A stretch of 62,553 bases of DNA, counting the filler, from Candidatus Woesearchaeota archaeon (GTDB taxonomy: Archaea; Nanobdellota; Nanobdellia; Woesearchaeales; B72-G16): NCBI GenBank assembly GCA_003650545.1. It is 4 parts of 4 records of this genome, joined end to end, with 100 filler letters (N's around TTAATTAATTAA, not from the genome) between each part and the next. Parts side by side here need not be neighbours in the genome. Positions count along the whole stretch, not along the records: positions 17,907 to 35,371 come from QMQO01000028.1; positions 35,472 to 52,671 come from QMQO01000029.1; 2 more parts are not named here. The stretch is one strand, 5' to 3'. The notes under the pieces were generated by a model. The model saw nothing but the letters and a program-made list of their open reading frames with translations. It had not been told where the DNA came from and searched no databases. The position numbers were made by a program, and so were the translations under genes. Below, piece by piece: positions 29,501-38,600 of this stretch (the stretch's first letter is position 1; every line of letters begins with the position of its first letter).

Positions 29501-29684
29501 TTGTATCTAATAAACATCCTAAATCATTTCTTATAGCTTCTTGTATCTCCATTTTATTTTCAGCATAATTCTCATATGTTGTTTTATCTGGACATTCTGC
29601 ACATGATACATCTGCTAAAAAAATTATCAACACAACAAAAAGTAAAATGGTTGTTGTTATTTTTCTTGTTATTATTCTTCTCAT
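26550..29684 (-). CDS. Large exported hypothetical protein
   Basis: ORF track; N-terminal signal peptide, acidic composition. Confidence 0.65.
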   Translation of the reverse strand: MRRIITRKITTTILLFVVLIIFLADVSCAECPDKTTYENYAENKMEIQEAIRNDLGCLLDTSRIDAYDAAKIIRDMDPSLIFGLEEYMKTHSTEVKSIFVAFRNRYPEIFDEAIKTKFELSSFKSNGLGEYFDGVFSFGVSVSLRDLSGKSVEAVMDDDQKCLKIQETLFCDDGGGGFISSLLGVLTISLFPPEGGFGSSYDVIIQNMTPGYKISSGNNGDVRIQNAEGLDISLLSPGTIKINGNSVTTDVQNTIFHLDNRDISFNSDGFLTYSRADGGYDILMDMGSILNMPDVVFNNFVIPGDLDRQFKVSVRSPDLNTVSYTGVCGDKGVCNKYPAYGRGASDDETYYVAAIEDSFGVIKTYDYDRERIERVLFFDTGVFGRIANYKFQDPYYTAENIVEDITSWRKTGKLPTYVKTLVQFNSEGRVVVDSSNRGTFLDYYVLDKGDILFEYDEEADDYGIVRFNRPTKFDLVGFIGKQIIDCQGISVVYFLKERGEIFDNCNSVSVISESSKCHGQLFCNLDMKCSLYKHSVAVETDSDYCSTKKILGKDEAITLGDDKTTYMVTNDSYILLITRSDVDTEELSSADYVEEIKFLLSTGRCVSTTLMDKCYKVVDDVVYECVKDSVAPDNCRTKHSLDINALSTMLLQESRKVLIESEIKEGKDIDAIRDTQENVNTRLYNSVIPIEMIIGRKKYNYAIKIGDNKYKIPGTDYEFSVNEDGTATVTLDDAVVDPSTGDVARFASADNVNVPTTPVIMRPEDIDDKKLAYMNSLADELEILRISNNPRASEVEKDLINFLINNMDFIKTEQDALDYISERGDTPYSEEEKRYIEEAGSLPYDLGRISELREEYNRAVDSGDKIKQLICLRELRNYCSKDDTDCYNLYNSEIEDIKASEGEQLFNLKETMVSQKTRVSQIPERPAISSGAIEHANELVEKNLGSAKDEFTNHADAELIATMRAIRVAYNKDYDEEIWVLMDKYSPEDLFNGYVDLKKRQLGNEAAAEIQAEEILRTIAYSYSSDERLYNYFMEAASISTQSD

Positions 29685-30691
29685 TTTACTGTTATGGTAA
29701 CCTCCTGCGTTGTGTTAAGTTTACCATCCGTAACACTAAACACGACTGTATGCGTACCAACATGCTTTGGTTCTAATGTTATATTCATCACACCTAAACC
29801 ATGATTCACATAAAACAACACACTGTCTGTATCATAATATAAAATATCGTCATCATAATCTTTAGCCTTCATCTTATAATACAGTTGTTCTCCAACCAAA
29901 GCAGTCATATCTGGTATGAACTCTAGCTCTGGGGCGTGATTGACAATATCATATTTTGTTGCAAATAAAAACATCAATGGTAGGTCATTCACCAATTTTT
30001 TACTATCTTGCACAACATAAACAGAAGTATCAGTATAAGTTAATGCATTTATACTAACCTTATATTTATTTGATAATTCAGACATCAAAGAAATGTAAAT
30101 TGAGTTAGGATCTTTAGTAGTCTGCTCTGTTATTGCTTTAGCAATGTTGATAATGCTTAAAAGATCAACCTTAACATCTCCATAAAATTTTTCTAAGATC
30201 TTCTTCTCACCAGCTTTTCTTAAACTCAAAGGATAATTCACATAAGCCTCTACCTTTCTAGAGCTAATACTAATATCTGCATGTGGTTCTCCAGCCTCAA
30301 CCTCAAAGCCCATCAATCTTATTGGTTTCAAATTTTTTAAACACTTTAACAATTCTGCATTTATATAATCTTCAAGACCTCGCTCCCATTTCTTTTTCGT
30401 AATAACATCAACGTTTCCATTAAAATAATAATAAGGTATATAAGCATAGTCTGCTTCAAAGCGATTTTCGGGTAAATGATAGTACCCCCCATGAAGAGCT
30501 GTAAATAATACTCCTGCACCTAATGTCTGCTTCACACATCCATCTACAAAATTCTTAACTGGCAGAATATCTGTCTCTATAACCTCCTCCCTCTCAACCC
30601 CAAGCTTAGGTATAATAACAAATGAGATTATAATCGCTATTAGAACTACTATACCGATGATAACATACACGCTTGTCTGGCCTTTCTCCAT
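29681..30691 (-). CDS. Class III signal peptide protein with C-terminal Ig/cadherin-like domain
   Basis: MEKG|QTSVYVIIGIVV; HGGY..IPYY; NHAP...D.D.D.L.Y...VTDG. Confidence 0.75.
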   Translation of the reverse strand: MEKGQTSVYVIIGIVVLIAIIISFVIIPKLGVEREEVIETDILPVKNFVDGCVKQTLGAGVLFTALHGGYYHLPENRFEADYAYIPYYYFNGNVDVITKKKWERGLEDYINAELLKCLKNLKPIRLMGFEVEAGEPHADISISSRKVEAYVNYPLSLRKAGEKKILEKFYGDVKVDLLSIINIAKAITEQTTKDPNSIYISLMSELSNKYKVSINALTYTDTSVYVVQDSKKLVNDLPLMFLFATKYDIVNHAPELEFIPDMTALVGEQLYYKMKAKDYDDDILYYDTDSVLFYVNHGLGVMNITLEPKHVGTHTVVFSVTDGKLNTTQEVTITVK

Positions 30692-30779
30692 TTTACCTCT
30701 TTTTTATAACAAGAATAGAAAAATAGTATATAAATATTACTATACCCAACCCGAATATTACTATAATTGCAAAATATTA

Positions 30780-33479
30780 CTATACAACCCTACCATTATC
30801 CAATTGTGGTATCACATCTTCAACAACATCGTCGTGGAAATACATCTGACCGTCTACTACAATCATTTTATTTACTCTAAAGAAATCATAGCTGATTGTA
30901 CTTCTATCAATCTTATAACCTGCAGGTTTCAATTCAGTTCCTGGCTTTTTTTCTGAACCAATCAATCCAATCTTACTAGCATACGAAACAGCTAATATCA
31001 TCCCTTCACTCCACACCCCATTAAATCTTGCTTTCTCAATGTTACATAAAACAACAACCTTCTTGTTTAGTATATCCTCTTTCTTGAAATATGGTTTAAG
31101 CCCAGCAACAAGAATACGTTTTTCACCTGTATCTACTTCTATCTTGTACAGTTTATCAGAACCAGGGATATCATCGATTTTTTTGACTAAACCAACTTTT
31201 AGATAAAAAGGGAACACATCTTTCTTCATTTTTGTTTTCTTCTTTCCCTGAAACTTCTTTTTAAATGTAGCAACCTGTTTATCGTCTAGCTTATTGAACA
31301 ATATTGCTGGCTTACCAATCTTATGCTTTGCTTTTACAGTAATTTTGCCAAGATCCGTCAAACAACCCTGTTTTATATTTAGCTGCGTGTTTATCTTTGT
31401 GGCTGTCTCCGGCATATATGGTTGGATTAGGATCGCCAAGTCCTTGACAACATTAATCAGGTTAAACATTGCACTGTCTGCTTTCTTTTTGTTCTGCTTT
31501 ATCGCCTTCCAGGGTTCTTGCTTCTGGAAATATTGATTTCCAACCCTAGAAACATTAAACACCTCTCTTAAAGCATCTTTCAGCTTTATCTCGTTTAAAA
31601 GTTTTGCAATATTATTTTCTGTTTTCTTAATACGATCCCATAATTTTTTGTCTCTAACACCAATCGGTACAATCCCATTATAGAATCTATTCAAGAATGT
31701 AATAGTTCGATTTATAAGGTTACCCAAATTAGCAACAAGCTCATTATTAACCTTGCTCTGAAAATCCTGCCAACTAAACTCGCTGTCTGTCTTCTCCGGC
31801 CTGACCGCCATTATGTAATATCGCCAAACATCTGCAGGTATGCCTGTCTTGATCGCATCATCTCCAAAAACACCTTCTCCACGAGATTTGGAAAACTTAC
31901 CAGTCTCATAATTAAGGTACTCATTAGAGCTAATTGTATCTAATAAAACATAATTGTCGCGAGTCCCAATCAAAAAAGCAGGGAACATAATAGTGTGGAA
32001 TGGGATATTATCCTTACCCATGAATTGCACCAATCTTACATCAGAAGAGTGCCACCAGCTACGCCAGTCTTTCCTGTTCTCTTTTGTTATCCCTATATAG
32101 CCAATAGGAGCATCAAACCAACTATAGAACACTTTGTTTTCATAGCCTTTTTTAGGGACACTAATCCCCCATGTTAGATCGCGCGTAATAGCCCTTAACT
32201 TTAAGCCTTCTTTCAGCCATGCTTTAGTCATAGATACAGCATTAGGAGTCCAGTTCTGCTTCTTACTATCAAACCACACCTGCAACTCTTGTTGCAACTT
32301 CGGTAGATCTATAAACAAGTGTTTTGTCTTCTTAACTTCAGGCATATCATTGCAGACCTTACAACGAGGATATTTTAGTTCTGTAGCATTTAATAAATGG
32401 CCGCACCTCTCGCACTGATCACCTCTGGCTTCCTCATAGCCACAGTACGGGCAGATTCCCTCAACATATCTATCTGCTAGAAATTTGTCACATTGCTTAC
32501 AGAACAATTGCTCGATTTCTTGCTCCACAATAAAACCGTTCTTGTCTAGTCTTTTAAAGATGTCAACAGTGACTTCCTCATTCTCCTTACTGGTTGTCCT
32601 GCCATAACAGTCAAAGCTACAATTAAACCAGTTATATATTTCAGTATGAATCTTAAAGTATTTGTCAACCAATTCGCGGGGTGTAACCCCTTCTTCCATC
32701 GCTCTTGTCTCAGCAGTTGTGCCATATTCGTCAGTACCAAGAACGCTTATTACCTTAACTTTCTTTAGCCTAAGATATCTGCTATAAACATCTGCACTTA
32801 GAATGCACACCATGGTTCCAAGATGAGGAACATTATTAACATATGGAAGAGCGCTTGTTACGAGAGTTCTCGTGTATTTCTTTGTGTATTTCTTTGGCAC
32901 TTTTATTGGTAATCTTAATTGAGATCTTAGCGATTCGGAAACAGGAACAATTTTTTTAGAAGAGGGTCTTTTTAAAACAGACTTTGGTGACTTTTTAACA
33001 TTTGAAAGTTTCGCCAGATTTGTAGTTGGTTTTTTATGTAGGCTAGTAACAGATCTCGTATTTGATTTGGTAACAGATTTGGTAATAGATTTAACAGATT
33101 TAGTAATAGGTTTAATAGATTTAGTAACATATTTCACATCAGATTTTATATTAGAATTTATATTAGAATTTATATTAAGTTTCGTATCAAATTTTATAGT
33201 AGGATTAGCAGTAGGTTTCACATTAAGTTTTACTTTTTTTTCTTCCTTGGCTTTTGCTTTCTTTTTCTTCGTTTTGATCTTCGTTTTGTTCGCTTTGGAT
33301 ATTTCAGCTTTAACACTCTCTGATCCTTCTAGACCGATCTCTGTTTTTTTTGATTTTTTTGTTTTTTTAGACTTCTTTATTTCAGTTTCGGCTTTTATTT
33401 CTGTCTCAGCTTGTTTTACTAATTCTTTTATAGATATTCCTTTCTTCACCTTTTTTTTAGGCTTCACCTTTTTCGCCAT
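30780..33479 (-). CDS. metG: Methionyl-tRNA synthetase with C-terminal tRNA-binding domain and about 200-aa Lys-rich N-terminal extension
   Basis: TSALPYVNNVPHLG, GTDEYG, Zn knuckles, WFDAPIGY, GKDNIPFH, KFSKS, SEGMILA. Confidence 0.96.
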   Translation of the reverse strand: MAKKVKPKKKVKKGISIKELVKQAETEIKAETEIKKSKKTKKSKKTEIGLEGSESVKAEISKANKTKIKTKKKKAKAKEEKKVKLNVKPTANPTIKFDTKLNINSNINSNIKSDVKYVTKSIKPITKSVKSITKSVTKSNTRSVTSLHKKPTTNLAKLSNVKKSPKSVLKRPSSKKIVPVSESLRSQLRLPIKVPKKYTKKYTRTLVTSALPYVNNVPHLGTMVCILSADVYSRYLRLKKVKVISVLGTDEYGTTAETRAMEEGVTPRELVDKYFKIHTEIYNWFNCSFDCYGRTTSKENEEVTVDIFKRLDKNGFIVEQEIEQLFCKQCDKFLADRYVEGICPYCGYEEARGDQCERCGHLLNATELKYPRCKVCNDMPEVKKTKHLFIDLPKLQQELQVWFDSKKQNWTPNAVSMTKAWLKEGLKLRAITRDLTWGISVPKKGYENKVFYSWFDAPIGYIGITKENRKDWRSWWHSSDVRLVQFMGKDNIPFHTIMFPAFLIGTRDNYVLLDTISSNEYLNYETGKFSKSRGEGVFGDDAIKTGIPADVWRYYIMAVRPEKTDSEFSWQDFQSKVNNELVANLGNLINRTITFLNRFYNGIVPIGVRDKKLWDRIKKTENNIAKLLNEIKLKDALREVFNVSRVGNQYFQKQEPWKAIKQNKKKADSAMFNLINVVKDLAILIQPYMPETATKINTQLNIKQGCLTDLGKITVKAKHKIGKPAILFNKLDDKQVATFKKKFQGKKKTKMKKDVFPFYLKVGLVKKIDDIPGSDKLYKIEVDTGEKRILVAGLKPYFKKEDILNKKVVVLCNIEKARFNGVWSEGMILAVSYASKIGLIGSEKKPGTELKPAGYKIDRSTISYDFFRVNKMIVVDGQMYFHDDVVEDVIPQLDNGRVV

Positions 33480-33481
33480 CT

Positions 33482-34168
33482 TTAAACCAAAAAATCTACT
33501 TCCTTAATTTCCTTTTTTCCGTCAATGTCTAAATTCCGAATGATCTTTCCCTTTCTTTTCGCCTGGAGCCTTGCTGCAGCCGGATCTTTCTCAACCAATT
33601 TTTCATCCACAACAACATCTGTTATCAAGAACATATGATCTACAACAACCTCTTTATAATCGTCTTTAACATCGAACAACAAATCATCAATCAAACTCTT
33701 CTTGCTCTTGTCTAATGTAACATTACAAAACTTTTCGTCAAACTTGCCTTTTGGATTATGTGGTGCTTTTTTGACCTTGAATTTGATTTCCTCGGTATCA
33801 ACATCAAACAACATATAGTCCATCATAAACTGTTGGACAATTTTCTTTAGTTCTTCAACAGGCACAGTCTCATCTATTGTAGCCACAAAGAACCCTTTCT
33901 TTTTCTCATGATCCTTCTCCAGATCCAACTTGAAGTCTTTTTTAGAGTAAATCCTACCTTTTAGCTTCACTGTTTCGTCATCTATATTTTCAGAAATGAA
34001 CTTAATTATCTCATTTGCAAACTCAAAGCTCGTCCAGAGCCTTATCTTTTGACCCATCTTAACTCGGATCACAGCTCTGCCTTCATATGTTCCGGGACCA
34101 AATCTAACAAATTGATTGTGCACAAGATCATCGATCTGTTTTTTAAAAATTTTTCGTATGAAGTTCAT
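33482..34168 (-). CDS. Hypothetical protein
   Basis: ORF track; 2 nt upstream of metG, so probably co-transcribed. Confidence 0.7.
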   Translation of the reverse strand: MNFIRKIFKKQIDDLVHNQFVRFGPGTYEGRAVIRVKMGQKIRLWTSFEFANEIIKFISENIDDETVKLKGRIYSKKDFKLDLEKDHEKKKGFFVATIDETVPVEELKKIVQQFMMDYMLFDVDTEEIKFKVKKAPHNPKGKFDEKFCNVTLDKSKKSLIDDLLFDVKDDYKEVVVDHMFLITDVVVDEKLVEKDPAAARLQAKRKGKIIRNLDIDGKKEIKEVDFLV

Positions 34169-34342
34169 GGTTCATCATCTCCCATTTATATTAAATCCCA
34201 TTTATATTAAGTCTTTATCTTTCTTTGTTATAAGTCTGTCTTCATTCTTTCTTTGACATATGTCTTTATTTTTCTTTATAATCTTTATCTTTCTTTATAA
34301 TCTCTTTCTCATTCTTTTCTTATTAACTTTATAATCTTTTAA

Positions 34343-35146
34343 TTATAATCTTTTAACTTCGATACTTATCGCATTTGCCAAAACTTTGATTTGTTTTGGG
34401 CATTCAACAAACTCATAGTTATTCATTTCACAATACTTAATAAGCTTTTCTCTTTCTACAGCATTTTTAAACAGAGCGATCACATTTAATCCTCTATGAT
34501 TTGGATGTAGCACCTCAAAACCTAACTCTACCAACTCCTTTTTTATTTTTTTATTGATGCTTAATAAAAATTTTAATCTTCTATTTAATCCTTTCAGCTT
34601 AACAGACAATTCCTCTAACCAAGCATCGTTAAATCTCTTAGCCTCGTATTTTTTAGTCAGATCATCATCAATCTCAAAGTTTGCAGCCAACATGCCACCA
34701 TAGCCTAAGTTTATAGGCTTTGCTTTGCCAAAGCTAGCGATTATGATATCACCAACTGAAGCATCTTTAACAGGCATTCCCGTTACATCATTTATCAGCA
34801 TACACTCATTAGCTGAACATGCGTTTTGAATCATCCCAATATTTTGTTCGGCATGATAGCCTGCCAGATAGTTAACAAGTAAAACCGCATCTGAACTGGA
34901 TTTTTTCATGAGATCATCTTTCAGAACCAGACCATAGTCTGTTTTCAGATAAACAATTTTCATTTTCAATTTTTTAGAAAATTGTTTATATGTAAGCCAC
35001 CCCCCTTGATCCTGTAGTAGCACATTTTTCTTACCAGCCAGTCTAGCGATTTCCAGCGCTAACTTAATAGCAGTGTTGCCCCTGTCTAACAAAATGATGT
35101 TATTTTTATCAGTTAGTCTTTTTAACAAACCTATTGAACTTAACAT
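34343..35146 (-). CDS. PLP-dependent transferase-like protein (DegT/DnrJ-like fold)
   Basis: RGNTAI, DQGGW, INDVTG, SFGKAKPINLGYGG. Confidence 0.6.
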   Translation of the reverse strand: MLSSIGLLKRLTDKNNIILLDRGNTAIKLALEIARLAGKKNVLLQDQGGWLTYKQFSKKLKMKIVYLKTDYGLVLKDDLMKKSSSDAVLLVNYLAGYHAEQNIGMIQNACSANECMLINDVTGMPVKDASVGDIIIASFGKAKPINLGYGGMLAANFEIDDDLTKKYEAKRFNDAWLEELSVKLKGLNRRLKFLLSINKKIKKELVELGFEVLHPNHRGLNVIALFKNAVEREKLIKYCEMNNYEFVECPKQIKVLANAISIEVKRL

Positions 35147-35257
35147 AACAGTAGATAATTAACAATAGTTTATAAAAGTAAAGGAAATTAAAGAGAAAGG
35201 TAAGTAAAAAAATATAAGATAAAAAAGTAAAAAAGGGGAAATTGAAAAAATAAAAAA

Positions 35258-35371
35258 TGAACCTCCTTGGGCTAAAGCCCAAGGTATCGATTAAGCAAAA
35301 GAGCCGAGCTTCTTTTGCTGTGGTAAATCCCAATGACCTTGGGAATGTGAAACGTAATGCTGAATTGTTTC
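35258..35371 (-). mobile_element. tnpA: IS200-family element right end: tnpA C-terminus plus subterminal hairpin, cut by contig end
   Basis: Minus-strand 35371-35291 reads ETIQHYVSHSQGHWDLPQQKKLGSFA* (resembles the catalytic Tyr helix). Hairpin CCTTGGGC-TAAA-GCCCAAGG at 35265-35284; end reads GGTTCA on the minus strand. Confidence 0.7.
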
Positions 35372-35471
35372 NNNNNNNNNNNNNNNNNNNNNNNNNNNNN
35401 NNNNNNNNNNNNNNNTTAATTAATTAANNNNNNNNNNNNNNNNNNNNNNNNNNNNNNNNNNNNNNNNNNNN
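35372..35471. other. Artificial contig linker
   Basis: 44 N + TTAATTAATTAA + 44 N. Confidence 0.98.
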
Positions 35472-35590
35472 ACACTTTTCTAAATATACTTTTCTAAAAC
35501 ACTTTTTGGATTTTTCCTTTTCTGATTTTCTAAAATTATTTTTAAATAAAAATTAAATAAAAATCTCTGTGGTCTGGTTGTGATTTTGTT

Positions 35591-35630
35591 CCGGAAATCT
35601 TCCGTCATATAATAATAAAGACTTATAAAT
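35591..35630 (+). promoter_or_regulatory. Palindromic operator plus TATA of the toxin operon
   Basis: C-CGGAA-ATC-TTCCG at 35591, ACTTATAAAT at 35621, start codon 35653. Confidence 0.6.
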
Positions 35631-35652
35631 AATTTTCCTATATATTTTAAGT

Positions 35653-38600
35653 GTGAGATGGACCAAGAAACCGATAGCAGTATTTCTAATATTAATAGTA
35701 ATAAACATGCACATTGTGTTTGCACAGAGTTTATCTCCTATTAAGACAGCACCCAGTGCTAGTGAAGGTGGATATTTCTGTAAAAATGACAAAGATTGTC
35801 CCACTGGCACATATTGTTCAGGCAAAAAAGATCATTTTATGAATGATAGATGCTGCCCTTATAATTCAGAATATGATTACAGTGAAGATCTGTGTATCCA
35901 GGTCTGTGTTGATCAGGATCTTGATAATTCTGGTGTTTTCTGTGCTGAGGGGAAAGATTGTAGAGAACTGTCTAAGCTAACAACAAACGAATGTTTATTT
36001 AACAAAGACTGCGATGATGAAGATCAAGAGAGATCTGCTATTAATAGTGAAATATGTGGTGATGGAATTGATAATGATTGTGACGATAAAGTAGACGAAG
36101 CTGAGTGTATTAATAAAACTTATGATTCTCATCAGTTATATCTCCAAGAAAATATGTATGATGAAGAAACCTACAAGAGATGCAAAAGATATTTTCTTCT
36201 GGTAAACAGGGAAAACCCATGCGATGACTGTGGAGGCATTTTTAATGGGTGTGATGAAAAACGCTGCTCGAGCCTTGGAGAAGATTGTGTCTATCATGGA
36301 AGCTGGTTGTTGTTAGGATTACGAGGCAAATGTCTTCATGATATTGAGATAGATGAAAATGAATTAGCAAAATGCTTTGATGTTTTACATTGTTTTGATG
36401 GTGTGTTCCAACCTCAGATGGGTGAGCAAAGATTAGATTGTGGCGGTTCGTGCTTGCCTTGCGAAGATAAATTTGAAATAAGCATAGAGGACTCTGCTCC
36501 ATATATAACTGTATACAAACAACCAGGAGATATTGTGTCCTTAAGGATATACTCGCCTGAAGATACAACAATTAGACTAGATTACAGGGCTCTGGATGAA
36601 TATGGTGAAGAACTTTCTTACTTTCAGCTTGAACCGTTAGATGGCTGTGAAAAAGGAAGAGAGATAAACATAAGTCAAGGTGTGAATTATTGTAAATTCC
36701 AAATTCCTACATGGGCAGCACCATATTATTCGTTTGAGGTAAATGATCAAGAAGTTCAATTAGATATCATAAAAGACCCGTTGTATATAATATTAACCAA
36801 TAAACTAAATTTGTTTGATCACTGCAGTGTAAGCCCAAGAATTTTAGAGTCTCAGAATTTTAAATTTCTAGAAAAACTCTATTTTACAGCCGAAGAAAAT
36901 AGAGGGATAGTCTATGACATAAATGATTATATTGAAACTGAGTCATGGAACTCATGGGATGTGCATAATCTTCAAGAAAAATTAAAAAAATTCATAAAGC
37001 AAAAAGTAGGGGTAGATGATGAGCATTATCCCCATGTTCTATTTGTTGGTGGCGACAGTGTCATTCCTTTTTACAGATATACAGATTTTTTAGAAAATAG
37101 TGGTGGAGTATCATTTAAATCAGACAGCGCATATTCGCCCAAATGCAAGCAAGTAACTAGCATGCACACAGGGGATGTTTTTAGTGTAAACGACATATTG
37201 ATTGTGTTGCCAGATTCAGGCATAGACAAAAACCATGAAGATGTTAAAAAAATTCAAAAAGCCTTGTACCTTAAGTTTGGACATTTCTACTGCAGCTGTG
37301 GGGATTACTATCTTGATGTACTTGATAGTCTCCAAAATCAACCAGATGGTTCTGAACAGAGAGAAAGTTTGAAAGATTATTTAGGTGAAATATTTAGCGA
37401 TGAGACTGATTACAATGAGACTGATTATGATCGTATTAGAGAAATGTTGAACCCTTATTCAGCTGAATTATTCTTAGCACCTTGGGAGTATAGCACAAAC
37501 AAAGATGTACCTTTAAGTGAAGAAGATGCTAAAGTTATAAAAAATACATGCAGGATATATTTTGAAGAAGCATCTTGCCCTAGTCTTGTTGATTTCTTGA
37601 AACAACAAAAAATTTTGAAGCAAATGAATGATAGATATCCTGTTGAGCAGATGAATGCGATTGTGGATTCCATTGTTGATAATATGGAAGAGTATGTATT
37701 CAGAGAAGGAAATAAGGAATATTTGGATATGGGTAAAGTTTTTTTGAAAACATTGAATTATTATTACGATGACAACATCCCGTTTTCTGATCAAGAGTTG
37801 TATGCATATATTAATATCATACCATTTGTCCCTTTGTCTCCAGGTATTGATGTTGTAAGCGCTACGAAACATCTCATAATTTATCATATATTTGGCCTCG
37901 AACCGAATGGCCAACCAAAGAGATTCCCTATTGGCAATGGTAATATCAATTCGCCTGAAGATATCAAATTATATTATGCAAGCGAGATTCAAAGAAATTT
38001 TGAAGGATTATTAGAAAATAAAAATGCAATCATAATAGGCAACAAAGACAATAATTTCTTGTTTACTGAATTTGATGCTGCTTATGACGAACCTGTTATC
38101 ACAATAGACAGAAATGAATATTCAAAAGAAGGTTACCATCTCTTTGTAAATCTACCAAGAAACAACATAACGAAAGCTGCTAAGTTTCTTGTACCCTTTA
38201 TAAACGGTGGGTTTTGGCTTTGTGTTCCTAGGGATAGTCATGCTGTTATTTTGATTGATCTAACACTGGTCGGCATTGGTTTAATGACTGGAGCAGATTT
38301 TATAGCTGACATATATGGTGTTGCAACAGAATGTGACAAACTTTTTAGAGAAACTAAAGTTTGCGAAGAAAATAAATTTGAATCATTTTTCTGGTGCTCT
38401 CTTAATGTTGTTGCTCTTTCTATACCCTTTGTAACAGGGGCTCATCTTATCTCGTCAGCAATAAAATCTGGAAAAAACGCAAAAAGATTAACTCAAGGGT
38501 TCACTCGAGCCATAGAACATTCTGACGAACTTATTTCAATAATAAGCAAAAGTGACAGCTTGAAAGATGTTATTAAAAGTGCAGACGATCTTGAAGATGG

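Noticed and set aside
34190..34340. Pyrimidine-rich TCTTTAT repeats and a 15-bp duplication
   Set aside because: Low-complexity intergenic slippage; no specific function supportable.
35258..35371. IscB/TnpB guide RNA
   Set aside because: No nuclease gene is visible, and the sequence is better explained as a TnpA tail plus right-end hairpin.
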